Positions 1-9,517 of a stretch of 47,782 nt of DNA are shown piece by piece. The stretch is from assembly GCA_033764315.1 (NCBI GenBank), contig JANRJA010000186.1, forward strand, positions 1 to 47,782. The letters run 5' to 3'. Below the pieces are notes generated by a model, which searched no databases, had not been told where the DNA came from, and saw only the letters and a program-made list of their open reading frames with translations. The stretch's first letter is position 1. Every line of letters starts with the position of its first letter. Position numbers and translations under genes: made by a program. The stretch comes from Oculatellaceae cyanobacterium bins.114. GTDB lineage: Bacteria > Cyanobacteriota > Cyanobacteriia > Elainellales > Elainellaceae.

Positions 1-227
1 TTGTAAGCCAGTCCTGTAATGCGGCTAATCCCTCCCAAACTCGTGCCTTCGCTATGGGCTTGTAGAACTTGTTGAATCTGCTCTGGGCTGACGTGCCGAT
101 AATAGTACAGGGTGTCAAAGCTCTCAGAAAAGGTTTGTTTGCATCCAAGGCACAAGTATCGTTGGTGTCCGTTGGGCATTTTGCCATGTTTGTGAGTCTT
201 AGAATGACCACAGAGCCGACATTCCAT
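1..227 (-). CDS. IS1-family transposase N-terminal (InsA-like zinc ribbon + HTH), partial
   Basis: Manual translation MECRLCGHSKTHKHGKMPNGHQRYLCLGCKQTFSESFDTLYYYRH...SEGTSLGGISRITGLAY; CxxC...QRYxCxxC motif; runs off the window. Confidence 0.85.
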   Translation of the reverse strand, partial: MECRLCGHSKTHKHGKMPNGHQRYLCLGCKQTFSESFDTLYYYRHVSPEQIQQVLQAHSEGTSLGGISRITGLAY

Positions 228-292
228 TGCTTGGGTAGAGTCATAGAGCTCTCTCCTACTTCACCAAACCCACATCACCCTGACGCACTACC
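1..292 (-). mobile_element. IS1-family insertion sequence, left end (truncated by window edge)
   Basis: Minus strand begins GGTAGTGCGTCAGGG at 292 (IS1-like GGTRRTG terminus), followed by an InsA-like ORF. Confidence 0.8.
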
Positions 293-382
293 AACCTTTT
301 TTGGATGGGCGATCGCTCGACGATATTGTTGCTAATTTCTGAATGCATAGAGTGGCTTAACAATAATTATCGAAACACATAA

Positions 383-877
383 TTATCGAAACATTGTGCC
401 GTTGCGTTGAATCCAGCCATCTACATGGCGTCGATTAGGGTCATGGTGAGTCCAGTGAATCACTCCTCCCTGGCTGTTCCATTCATATTCACCATACACA
501 TAAACCTGATCTCCCACTCTCAGCCCACTGACGCGAGGGGCAATATCAATATTGTGGGCGACCATCAGAGTCTGTGAATTAGCTAACCGCACAATAAATC
601 GTTGATGGCGATCGCCATCGTTATCATCTGGCAAGATTGAGATCACACGACCCAAAACCAACACCTGAATATTACTAACCTGATTGCGAAAAGCGTTTTC
701 TAAGATGGCTAGATCAGTCAATCGAGGTCGGGGTAAGGCCGTTTTGGGACTACTTAACAGGTGGGCGATCGCCATAGGTGCTTGCTCATGTCCTAGCGTG
801 GGAGACAAGACCGTCGGTTGCCCTTTTGTGGTGGTCATCAAAGCAATCAAGAAAACCTGATTGAACAGTTTGTGCAT
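383..877 (-). CDS. DUF3465 domain protein
   Basis: LPDDNDGDRHQRFI, AHNIDIAPR, YGEYEWN..GGVIHWTHHDP motifs. Confidence 0.8.
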   Translation of the reverse strand: MHKLFNQVFLIALMTTTKGQPTVLSPTLGHEQAPMAIAHLLSSPKTALPRPRLTDLAILENAFRNQVSNIQVLVLGRVISILPDDNDGDRHQRFIVRLANSQTLMVAHNIDIAPRVSGLRVGDQVYVYGEYEWNSQGGVIHWTHHDPNRRHVDGWIQRNGTMFR

Positions 878-883
878 ACAGAA

Positions 884-1723
884 TCAGACAGTAGGTGGTA
901 AAACAATTTTTCGGGCTAATCCCAACTGCTTTAGGATAACAATTGTCCACCAAGTCATATCAACTTCCCACCAAGTCCAGCCTGCTTTTGCCACATTAGG
1001 ATAAGCATGATGGTTGTTGTGCCAACCCTCTCCATAAGTAAGAATGGCTGCCCACCACAGATTCCGCGAGTTGTCGTCTGAATCATGGCTGCGGTAGCCA
1101 GTAATGTGACTCGCAGAGTTGATCAGCCAAGTGCTGTGCCAGAGCAAGACGGCTCTGACAAAGATGCCATAGATCACAAACGACCAACCACCGAGTAGAT
1201 ATAACAGTATTCCGAGCGGAATTTGGAGCAGCAGATAATAGCGATCGAGCCAACGGTAAAATGCATCTTGTGCTAAATCTGGGGCAAATTTTCGATTTGA
1301 TTCATATTCAAAAAATTCTGGACGTTTGTAAAATAGCCAAACCATATGACTCCACCAAAACCCTCGTTTGGCTGAGTAGGGATCTTTATCAATATCTTCG
1401 GTATAGAGGTGATGCCTGCGATGTCCCGCAACCCAAAAAATTGGACTTCCCTGTAATGCTAGGGAACCCATCAGGGCGATCGCATATTCTAGTCCCTTTG
1501 GTACTTGCAAACTGCGGTGTGTTAGTAACCGATGATATCCCAAACAAATGCCAATGCTGCCAAACAACCAGTGTAAAAAGATGGCTACTCCCAGTGCTGA
1601 CCACGAGAAAAACCAGGGTGCCAAGAGAGCCAATGCATGAACTGCCGCAAAAAAGCTGATACTCGTCCAATTCAGGGTGAGCGATCGCCCATTTGAGTTA
1701 GTTCCAATGATATTAAAAGCCAT
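884..1723 (-). CDS. desC: Delta-9 acyl-lipid desaturase
   Basis: His boxes HRLLTH, HRRHH, HNNHH; hydrophobic segments. Confidence 0.9.
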   Translation of the reverse strand: MAFNIIGTNSNGRSLTLNWTSISFFAAVHALALLAPWFFSWSALGVAIFLHWLFGSIGICLGYHRLLTHRSLQVPKGLEYAIALMGSLALQGSPIFWVAGHRRHHLYTEDIDKDPYSAKRGFWWSHMVWLFYKRPEFFEYESNRKFAPDLAQDAFYRWLDRYYLLLQIPLGILLYLLGGWSFVIYGIFVRAVLLWHSTWLINSASHITGYRSHDSDDNSRNLWWAAILTYGEGWHNNHHAYPNVAKAGWTWWEVDMTWWTIVILKQLGLARKIVLPPTV

Positions 1724-1934
1724 GAAAATTCCATAAGTTACATACTCAGTCTAGATGGCTAGTGTACACTTCGTATCTATCTAGATCATTGAGTATTTAA
1801 CGTGTGAAAATATAGCAAAGTATATCCGCCTTATGGATTAAACCTTAACCGCCAAGAACCGTACTGACAGTGACAGGATAACTACCTATTTTGATGAGAA
1901 CATATCACAAATTCCAAGCAAGGAGACAACAGCC

Positions 1935-3239
1935 TCAAGGCTGTAAATCATGAGGAGCCAATTCTGGATGAGATCTCCACACCATTTGTCGCAGTCTTGG
2001 CAACTGACGGGCATAAAAGATCGCTACCACAACACAGACAATGCCACAAACGGCTACGGTAGTGGGTGCACCAATAAAACTAACGAGAGCACCTTGAAAC
2101 AAATTGCCAAAGGAGATCATGCCAAGAAATGACATGATATAGATGCTCATCACCCGCCCTCGCATCTCATCTTGCACAAGTGTTTGAATAATGGTGTTAC
2201 TAGAAGCCGATTGTAGGAGTGAGCCAAAGCCAATAATCGCCAGCAACAAGACAGATAGCCAGATTGACCGAGACAATGCAAAGGCAATCATTCCCGAGCC
2301 ATAAATAATCGGGGCGATCGCCACTAACCGTCCTAACCCCCTCACCTCTCGTCGTAAACTCAGTTGTACAGCAGCAATAAGTGAACCCACGCCCGAAGCT
2401 GACATCAAAAGACCCAACGTGTTGGCATCTCCATGCAGAATCTCGTTGGCAAAAATGGGGAGAATGACCACAAAGTTAACGCCGAGAAAGCTCACTACCC
2501 CAACCATAATCAAGATCGAGCGAACGGGGGCAAAGCCAAATACGTAGACAAATCCCTCTCGTAAATGCTGCCAAATACTTCCAACCGTAAAGAATGTTTG
2601 AGAAGCAACAGGTACTCTGCGTTTGAGCCGCATAGCCATCAGTGCGGCTAGCACCGCAATATAGCTGACACCGTCAATCAAAAAACAGTAGCCCGCCCCC
2701 ACACTGGCTAGCAAAATTCCACCGATGGCAGGCCCAATTAACCTGGCCCCATTAAACATGGATGAGTTAAGGGCGATCGCATTAATCAGGCGGTCTTGCC
2801 GCTCCACAATTTCTGGCACAAAAGCTTGTCGAGTAGGAGAGTCAATGGCGTTTACAATGCCTTGAAAAAGGCTCAGCACAATGATGTGCCAGATCTGAAT
2901 CGTACCTGTCAAGGTAAGAATCGCTAGGGCAAAAGATTGCAGCATGGATAGGATCTGGGTCACGATTAGCGTGTGTTGATGGTTCCAGCGATCGCTCAAC
3001 ACCCCACCAAAGGGCACCAGTACCAGATTAGGCACTTGGCTGGCAAAGCCGACAATTCCCAATAGCACAGGCGACTGGGTTAAATGATAAACCAGCCCAA
3101 TCATTGCAACCATTGTGATCCAGGTGCCGACCAAAGAAAGCCCCTGACCTAGAAAAAACAGTCGATAATTTCTCGATTGAAAAGCTGGAAATGAGAAAGT
3201 CTGTTGAATAGAGTTCAAGAGTTGGTGTACCTTTTGCAC
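1935..3239 (-). CDS. MFS transporter (MFS_3/DUF894 type)
   Basis: About 12 TM segments, SRNYRLFF.GQ..S, RGRVMS motif; start set at GTG 3239 because the longer ORF extends into heptamer repeats. Confidence 0.85.
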   Translation of the reverse strand: MQKVHQLLNSIQQTFSFPAFQSRNYRLFFLGQGLSLVGTWITMVAMIGLVYHLTQSPVLLGIVGFASQVPNLVLVPFGGVLSDRWNHQHTLIVTQILSMLQSFALAILTLTGTIQIWHIIVLSLFQGIVNAIDSPTRQAFVPEIVERQDRLINAIALNSSMFNGARLIGPAIGGILLASVGAGYCFLIDGVSYIAVLAALMAMRLKRRVPVASQTFFTVGSIWQHLREGFVYVFGFAPVRSILIMVGVVSFLGVNFVVILPIFANEILHGDANTLGLLMSASGVGSLIAAVQLSLRREVRGLGRLVAIAPIIYGSGMIAFALSRSIWLSVLLLAIIGFGSLLQSASSNTIIQTLVQDEMRGRVMSIYIMSFLGMISFGNLFQGALVSFIGAPTTVAVCGIVCVVVAIFYARQLPRLRQMVWRSHPELAPHDLQP

Positions 3240-3246
3240 AAATGGG

Positions 3247-3332
3247 TTATTAGTCACTCGTTGCCCACCACTGACAAATAACGAGTAACGAATGACCAAT
3301 ACTGGCAACGAATGACTATTAATAAATAACTA
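3247..3332. repeat. STRR-like heptamer repeats (TGACAAA/TAACGAA type) with an inverted arm
   Basis: tgacaaa-taacgag-taacgaa-tgaccaa run; TAGTCACTCGTTGCC (3251-3265) is inverted to GGCAACGAATGACTA (3304-3318), 14/15 match. Confidence 0.7.
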
Positions 3333-3453
3333 AGTTAACCCTATGTGCAACTGTTCCAGATCCCTGGTTTCTAGGGATTCACTAGGCACCTTTCAGTCAG
3401 CTCCAAGGAGAAACGGGGATCTAAACTCCTAGATTGCACATTGCGTTAAGTTA
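3331..3453. repeat. MITE-like palindromic element
   Basis: 20-bp imperfect terminal inverted repeats (TAAGTTAACCCTATGTGCAA / TTGCACATTGCGTTAAGTTA) with inner AGATCCCTGGTTTCT / AGAAACGGGGATCT arms. Confidence 0.65.
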
Positions 3454-3464
3454 ATAAATGACTC

Positions 3465-3558
3465 AGTAGGAAAACCGCATTAAACTCAATTCAGAATTCG
3501 GGTTTCGACTCCGCTCAACCCGCTGCTAATCTTACAGTTAATGACACCCACCTACTTA
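3465..3558. repeat. Cyanobacterial dispersed repeat (AGTAGG...CACCCACCTACT ends)
   Basis: AGTAGGAAAACCGCATTAA ... TTAATGACACCCACCTACT imperfect inverted ends, internal TTCGACTCCGCTCAACC. Confidence 0.55.
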
Positions 3559-3646
3559 TTTAGAAACAGAACTCAAGGTGGATTCAAAGCACTTACACAC
3601 CACTCCTCACAGGTAAATATGCCCATTATTTATTAGAGTTTTAAGC

Positions 3647-4279
3647 CTATTTGACAAAGGAAGAAGGCTGATCCCAGCGACCAGAAAACACAAATGCGTT
3701 TAGTGGTTTACGAGTTCGAGACGCAAACTCTCGTTGCTGTAATTGTTCAGACAAGGTAGATGGATCGCCCAAATAGCCGAGAGCGATCGCCGTTACTGGC
3801 TCATACCCTTGAGGAATGTTGTAAGCGTCCCGTGTCTTGGCAACATCGAACCCTGCCATTTGGTGAACAAACAACCCTAATTCGGTAGCTTGAATTGCTA
3901 AATTCGCTGCTGCTGCACCAACGTCATGAAAGGCATGACGGTTTTCAGTGCCGTTACGCTCAAAGGAAAGTTTTGCCACAGATATCATCAGAACAGGTGC
4001 ATTTTTTGCCCACTCTTGATTTCCTTCGGCCAAACAACTCAACATGCGATCGAACTCAGCCTGATTATCTTTTGTGGCAACCATAAAACTCCAGGGTTGC
4101 TCATTGTAGGATGAGGCTGCCCAGCGAGCCGCTTCTAACACCTGACACAGTTTTTCCAGCTCAACAGGTTGATCTGAAAAAGCCAAAGGACTCCAACGGT
4201 GTTGTAGCGTTTCTGTAATCGGATACTGCGTATCGGAAATTTTTGCTGTTGCCAAACTGTTATCAAGACTCTTAACCAT
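3647..4279 (-). CDS. Nitroreductase family protein
   Basis: RWSPLAF, ARWAASSYNEQPW, HQMAGFD motifs; GGAG RBS upstream of ATG 4279. Confidence 0.9.
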   Translation of the reverse strand: MVKSLDNSLATAKISDTQYPITETLQHRWSPLAFSDQPVELEKLCQVLEAARWAASSYNEQPWSFMVATKDNQAEFDRMLSCLAEGNQEWAKNAPVLMISVAKLSFERNGTENRHAFHDVGAAAANLAIQATELGLFVHQMAGFDVAKTRDAYNIPQGYEPVTAIALGYLGDPSTLSEQLQQREFASRTRKPLNAFVFSGRWDQPSSFVK

Positions 4280-4985
4280 TGTTGTTTCTCCAGAAGGAAT
4301 GGACATCAGATTGTTGTTCTAATTTCACTCAGAATGAACGTATTGCTCTCTTCGAGTCTACGGTTGCATTACTTGCCGCATTCTGTTCTGACCTTTTTGC
4401 CCCATAGGGGACATGAATTTAGAGGTCATAAATTTCCGTTCACGCTACCTGCGATCGCGCCCAAGAGAACCCGAAAAGAGGGTGGCGCAAAGATGATCAG
4501 CTTCAATAGGCTGTTATAAATTGATATGCACAATGTCACCCTTATAATAAACTTTCACTTTAGGCATTATTGATTATCAATTTCTCCTTCATTAGGAAGG
4601 ATTATAGATATCCGCAGACAAATTTTTAGTAAACAACAGTCGTAACCTGAATTACAAAACTATTTAATTAAGATCACATTAAGCTCAACTTAATCAGATC
4701 AACTTAAAACTGGCACTATTTGCTCCACCACAAAGCCATTATTATTTCTTTCAAAAAAATCTTCACCTTGTTCAGCTTGAGAATTAAGCCTTTAGGGAGA
4801 TAATCCCACACCAGAGTGATCATTTTTCCCTCTTTAGATAGAGCTTTAGTTTGAGAGATAGAGATAGCTTCCAAGAGAAGGTTACTCGTACTGTTAGATT
4901 TGTCTACCTCTGTCCGCTACATCCTGAAATTATCAAGAATACCTGCCCAGTGCTATCTCTGTTTTATTAGGCTGCCTAAGAACCT

Positions 4986-5483
4986 GTGTTTAAGTATCTT
5001 CCTCCGCTCAATGAGCATAATCTTCCTTATCCCGATACTATTCATCCAATCGTGGTGCACTTTGTTATTGCGATGGTGCTGTTTGCTTTTTTGTGCGATG
5101 TCATTGGGTATCTAACTCGTAACCCAAAGCTATATGAGGTCAGTTGGTGGAACTTAGCATTTGCAACTGTTTCAATTTTCATTGCTGTTATCTTTGGGCA
5201 AATTGAAGCGGGTCTAGCAGAACCCTATGCTGCATCGGTTTCAACGCTAAACGCTCATACCGTTTTGGGTTGGTCACTAACCGTGATCTTGGCAGTCATT
5301 ACTGGATGGCGATACGTGATCCGGTTACAGGAAAAACCGCAATTACCCATTCCCTATTGGGTTGCCAATGTGGTGCTGATCGCGCTGGTGTTAATCCAAT
5401 CCTATTGGGGCACGCTGCTGGTCTGGGTCTATGGCTTACATACTATTCCTGTGGTAGATGCGATCAGAGGAGGGCTGTCATGA
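4986..5483 (+). CDS. DUF2231 membrane protein (1)
   Basis: HPIVVHF motif, 4 TM helices, first gene of the oxidase operon. Confidence 0.8.
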   Translation: MFKYLPPLNEHNLPYPDTIHPIVVHFVIAMVLFAFLCDVIGYLTRNPKLYEVSWWNLAFATVSIFIAVIFGQIEAGLAEPYAASVSTLNAHTVLGWSLTVILAVITGWRYVIRLQEKPQLPIPYWVANVVLIALVLIQSYWGTLLVWVYGLHTIPVVDAIRGGLS

Positions 5484-6076
5484 ATCCAGACTTGCTGCAA
5501 CAGTGGGATCGGTTGGGAGCCAATGGATTGCCCTACCACATTCCGATTCATCCTAATTTGGTGCATTTAACATTGGGTTTATTTATCGTGGCGATCGCCT
5601 TCGACATTGTAGGTGCACTGTTTCCAGTCGATAAAGCCGTTTTTAAGTTTCTGGCAATTCCCGTCACCCGCTCGGCTCTCTTTGACGTGGGGTGGTACAA
5701 CCTGCTGGCAGCTTCTGTGATTACCTTCTTTACGGTGATGGCAGGTTTATTTGAGGTGTCTCTGGCAGTGCCGCTTACCAATGTAACCAGTGCCTGGGGT
5801 CTACATGCGCTAGAAACCATGATTTTGCATGGAGTAGGTGGTGTGCTCATTTTGACGTTGATTGTGGCTATGGCCGTTTGGCGAGGCTTACAACGATATA
5901 ACTGGCGCAAAGATATGGCAAGGCAGGTGCAATGGAGCTATTTAGCAATGGGCTTGTTTGTATTTGGGTTGATGTTTGCCCAAGGCACTCTAGGAGCACA
6001 TCTGGGAGCAGAGTTCGGCATTCACGTTACAGCCGATCAAATATTACGTTTAGGCAAAAATCCGAATCAACTTTGA
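5480..6076 (+). CDS. DUF2231 membrane protein (2)
   Basis: HPNLVHL motif; ATG 5480 overlaps upstream TGA (ATGA coupling). Confidence 0.8.
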   Translation: MNPDLLQQWDRLGANGLPYHIPIHPNLVHLTLGLFIVAIAFDIVGALFPVDKAVFKFLAIPVTRSALFDVGWYNLLAASVITFFTVMAGLFEVSLAVPLTNVTSAWGLHALETMILHGVGGVLILTLIVAMAVWRGLQRYNWRKDMARQVQWSYLAMGLFVFGLMFAQGTLGAHLGAEFGIHVTADQILRLGKNPNQL

Positions 6077-6166
6077 AAGTTTGAGTGTTGTGTTTTAGCG
6101 GTTAAAGACTCAACGTTCAAAACCTAAAATTGCTTCTGTCTTTTTAACTATGGTGCGATCGCTGTC

Positions 6167-7168
6167 ATGATGAAACTCCGTGCAATTTTAATAATGACAA
6201 TCTATGCCATCCTGGTTACCATTGCTAGCATCTGGATGGCAAAGCAATCCTATTCCTGGTTGCCACCAGAAGCATCAGCAGAGTCAAAACTGCAAGACGA
6301 TCTATTCAGTCTCTTCACGGGGTTAGGCACCTTTATTTACCTGGGTGTGATTGGTCCTTTTATCTACTCCTTGATTTTTCATCGAGCCAGCAAATATGAC
6401 CTGAGCGATGCTCCACCCATTGAAGGAAATACCTGGCTAGAAATCATTTGGACGGGCATCCCATTGGTATTGGTGTTAACGCTTGCCTTTGTGAGCTATC
6501 GCACCTACGAAAAGATGTCGATTCGTGGTCCTATGGAACTGGTGCATTTACATATGCCTCAAGTAATTGAACCTGCTTATGCTGAACCGTTTGATAGTAC
6601 ACCGCAGCAAGAAATACAGAATGCCGTAGAGACTGCTCCTGTTGAGCATATTGATGTGATTGCAAAACAGTGGGCATGGGTGTTTCACTATCCAGAACAA
6701 GATGTCACCAGTACCGAGTTGCATTTACCTGTCGATCGCCGCATTCAGTTTACGTTGCGATCAAAGGACGTGCTACATGGGTTTTATATTCCGGCATTTC
6801 GACTGAGCCAATATGTGGTTCCTCACGAGGACATTGATTTTGAACTCACTCCTGTCAAAATTGGAACCTATCGCTTGCGAGATTCAATGTATAGCGGTAC
6901 TTACTTTGCGGCCAATCAAACCGATGTAGTGGTGCAATCAATGGGTGATTACCAGGACTGGCTAACCGATGCAGCGGCTCAAACCCCTACGTCTGCGTTT
7001 AACCAAGCAACTTACGAGTACAGCCAAACTTCAGAACCTGGCTCAGGTAACACCAAAGATAAGGTTGCTATTCGCGGTTGGGCAACCATTCCACCTGCAC
7101 CGCCGCCTATTGTTAACTATGCCCCAAAACATGAATCTGTCAGTTCACAACGTAAAGAAGAACTATGA
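6167..7168 (+). CDS. ctaC: Heme-copper oxidase subunit II, ARTO type (CuA motif absent)
   Basis: LEIIWT, AKQWAWVFHYP, DVLHGFYIP; CxxxCGxxHxxM replaced by DSMYSGTYFAAN. Confidence 0.9.
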   Translation: MMKLRAILIMTIYAILVTIASIWMAKQSYSWLPPEASAESKLQDDLFSLFTGLGTFIYLGVIGPFIYSLIFHRASKYDLSDAPPIEGNTWLEIIWTGIPLVLVLTLAFVSYRTYEKMSIRGPMELVHLHMPQVIEPAYAEPFDSTPQQEIQNAVETAPVEHIDVIAKQWAWVFHYPEQDVTSTELHLPVDRRIQFTLRSKDVLHGFYIPAFRLSQYVVPHEDIDFELTPVKIGTYRLRDSMYSGTYFAANQTDVVVQSMGDYQDWLTDAAAQTPTSAFNQATYEYSQTSEPGSGNTKDKVAIRGWATIPPAPPPIVNYAPKHESVSSQRKEEL

Positions 7169-8874
7169 CGAATCTCTCTCTTGAACCCATCGATATCGTT
7201 CGTGGACAGCCATATCCGGGTGCACCCGACAATTGGAAGCGGTTTTTTACCTTTAGTACCGATCACAAAGTCATTGGCATCCAATACATCGTCACCTCAT
7301 TTGTCTTTTTTCTGATTGGTGGGTTATTTGCCATGATTATGCGGGGTGAATTGATTACGCCTGAAGCCGATCTGGTCGATCGCACGGTGTACAATGCCCT
7401 GTTCACGATGCATGGTTCGATCATGCTGTTTTTCTGGACATTTCCTGTGCTGGTAGGTCTGGGTAACTATTTGGTGCCGTTAATGATTGGGGCACGAGAC
7501 ATGGCATTTCCCCGGCTCAATGCCATCTCGTTTTGGATGATTCCCATCGCGGGGATATTGATGATGTCGAGTTTTCTAATTCCAGGGGGTCCAGCCCAAT
7601 CGGGGTGGTGGTCATACCCGCCTGTGAGTTTGCAGAACCCCACCGGAAATCTGATCAACGGTCAAGTCCTCTGGATTCTGTCAGTCGCGATTTCAGGTGT
7701 GTCTTCAATCATGGGGGCCGTAAATTTCGTTACGACTATCCTTAAAATGCGAGCACCAGGGATGACCTGGTTTAAGACACCTGCCTTTGTCTGGTCTGTA
7801 TTAGCGGCTCAACTCATTCAACTGTATGGATTGCCCGCACTCACAGGGGGTGCGATCATGCTGTTGCTAGATTTGACAATCGGCACCAACTTTTTTACTC
7901 CCGAAAGTGGTGGAAATCCAATTATTTACCAGCATTTCTTCTGGTTCTATTCTCATCCTGCTGTTTACGTGATGGTGCTGCCTGTCTTTGGCATCTTTTC
8001 AGAAGTGCTACCTGTCCATTCGCGTAAGCCGTTGTTTGGTTATCGCGTAATTGCTGTCTCGTCCATTATCATTACCGTCATCAGCAGTGCTGTGTGGGTT
8101 CACCATATGTTTGCTAGCAGCACTCCGCCCTGGATGCGGATGTTTTTTATGGTGACGACGATGCTAGTTGCTGTGCCCTCTGGGATTAAGGTGTTTGGTT
8201 GGGTAGCAACCGTATGGGGCGGCAAAATTCGATTTACAACGCCGATGTTGTTTGCTCTAGGGGGTATTAGCAACTGGCTATTTGCAGGCATTACGGGCAT
8301 CTTTCTAGGATCAGTGCCGATTGATCTACATGTTCACAATACCTACTTTGTGGTGGGTCATTTTCACTATGTGCTGTATGGGGCGATCGTAATGGGTATT
8401 TACGCCGCGATCTATCACTGGTTTCCTAAAATGACTGGACGCATGTATTACGAAGGACTGGGTAAACTGCATTTTGCTCTGACATATATCGGAACGGCAT
8501 TAATCTTTTTGCCGATGCATCCCCTAGGGCTGATGGGCATGCCACGTCGAGTCGCATCCTATGATCCAGAGTTTGCTTACTGGAACGTGGTTGCCAGCAT
8601 TGGGGGCTTCTTGCTGGGTCTGTCTACACTGCCATTCATTCTCAACATGGTGAGTTCTTGGATTCGTGGCGACAAGGTAGGCAATAATCCCTGGCGAGCA
8701 TACGGCTTGGAGTGGCTCACGTCATCACCTCCCACAGTGGAGAACTTTGAAGAAATACCCACTGTGATTTCAGGTCCCTATGGCTACGGCAAACATCAAC
8801 CGTTAGTAGCAAGTGTACCCAATCGTGGTTTGACTGAATTCTCTGAATTGTTTACCCCACAGAAATCATCATGA
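7165..8874 (+). CDS. ctaD: Heme-copper oxidase subunit I (type A2)
   Basis: TDHKVIG, TMHG, WFYSHPAVY, WVHHMF, VGHFHYV ligand motifs. Confidence 0.95.
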   Translation: MTNLSLEPIDIVRGQPYPGAPDNWKRFFTFSTDHKVIGIQYIVTSFVFFLIGGLFAMIMRGELITPEADLVDRTVYNALFTMHGSIMLFFWTFPVLVGLGNYLVPLMIGARDMAFPRLNAISFWMIPIAGILMMSSFLIPGGPAQSGWWSYPPVSLQNPTGNLINGQVLWILSVAISGVSSIMGAVNFVTTILKMRAPGMTWFKTPAFVWSVLAAQLIQLYGLPALTGGAIMLLLDLTIGTNFFTPESGGNPIIYQHFFWFYSHPAVYVMVLPVFGIFSEVLPVHSRKPLFGYRVIAVSSIIITVISSAVWVHHMFASSTPPWMRMFFMVTTMLVAVPSGIKVFGWVATVWGGKIRFTTPMLFALGGISNWLFAGITGIFLGSVPIDLHVHNTYFVVGHFHYVLYGAIVMGIYAAIYHWFPKMTGRMYYEGLGKLHFALTYIGTALIFLPMHPLGLMGMPRRVASYDPEFAYWNVVASIGGFLLGLSTLPFILNMVSSWIRGDKVGNNPWRAYGLEWLTSSPPTVENFEEIPTVISGPYGYGKHQPLVASVPNRGLTEFSELFTPQKSS

Positions 8875-9506
8875 CAGCAGAAAGAGCGGAACCCTCTAGA
8901 GAGTTACGCAACGCCCAAACCATTGAAACCGAAGTTCAACGACACCAGGAGCATGACGAAGCAGGCAATAGCAAATTCGGCTTCATTGTATTTCTGCTCT
9001 CTGAAAGTGTCATCTTCCTCAGCTTTTTTGTGGGTTATACCGTCTTTAAAACCACCGCCACCCCAGGTGCTTGGTATCCAGCAGGTGTCACCGGGCTAGA
9101 GACTAGAGAGCCTTTGATCAACACGATCGTGCTAGTTTCCAGTAGTTTTGTAATCTATGTGGCTGAACGATATTTGCACGATAAAAAGCTATGGGGGTTT
9201 CGCCTATTCCTCTTAGTGACAATGGCAATGGGGGGATATTTCCTATTTGGGCAATTGGTGGAATGGCGCAGTTTACCCTTTACCTATCAGTCCGGCTTAT
9301 TTGGCAGCGCATTCTTTTTATTAACTGGATTTCATGGTTTACACGTTCTCACCGGAATTTTGCTGCAAACGTTGATGCTGGGTCGATCATTTATTCCTAA
9401 CAACTACGACAACGGTTTCTTTGGTGTAGAAGCAACATCGTTGTTTTGGCACTTTGTCGATGTTATTTGGATTGTTTTATACGGATTGATCTATGTCTGG
9501 CAGTGA
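8871..9506 (+). CDS. ctaE: Heme-copper oxidase subunit III
   Basis: FLLSE, TGFHGLHV, FWHFVDVIW. Confidence 0.93.
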   Translation: MTAERAEPSRELRNAQTIETEVQRHQEHDEAGNSKFGFIVFLLSESVIFLSFFVGYTVFKTTATPGAWYPAGVTGLETREPLINTIVLVSSSFVIYVAERYLHDKKLWGFRLFLLVTMAMGGYFLFGQLVEWRSLPFTYQSGLFGSAFFLLTGFHGLHVLTGILLQTLMLGRSFIPNNYDNGFFGVEATSLFWHFVDVIWIVLYGLIYVWQ

Positions 9507-9517
9507 GGAAGATTTCT

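Noticed and set aside
69..335. Plus-strand 88-aa ORF
   Set aside because: Antisense shadow of the IS1 transposase
3240..3308. N-terminal extension of the MFS ORF (MPVLVIRYSLF...)
   Set aside because: Translation of heptamer repeats
3598..3612. CACTCCTCACAG resembling the Yfr1 sRNA motif
   Set aside because: Imperfect match and no flanking Yfr1 hairpins or terminator
5270..5479. Extended start of the second DUF2231 gene
   Set aside because: Overlaps the first DUF2231 gene; ATGA coupling at 5480 is more plausible
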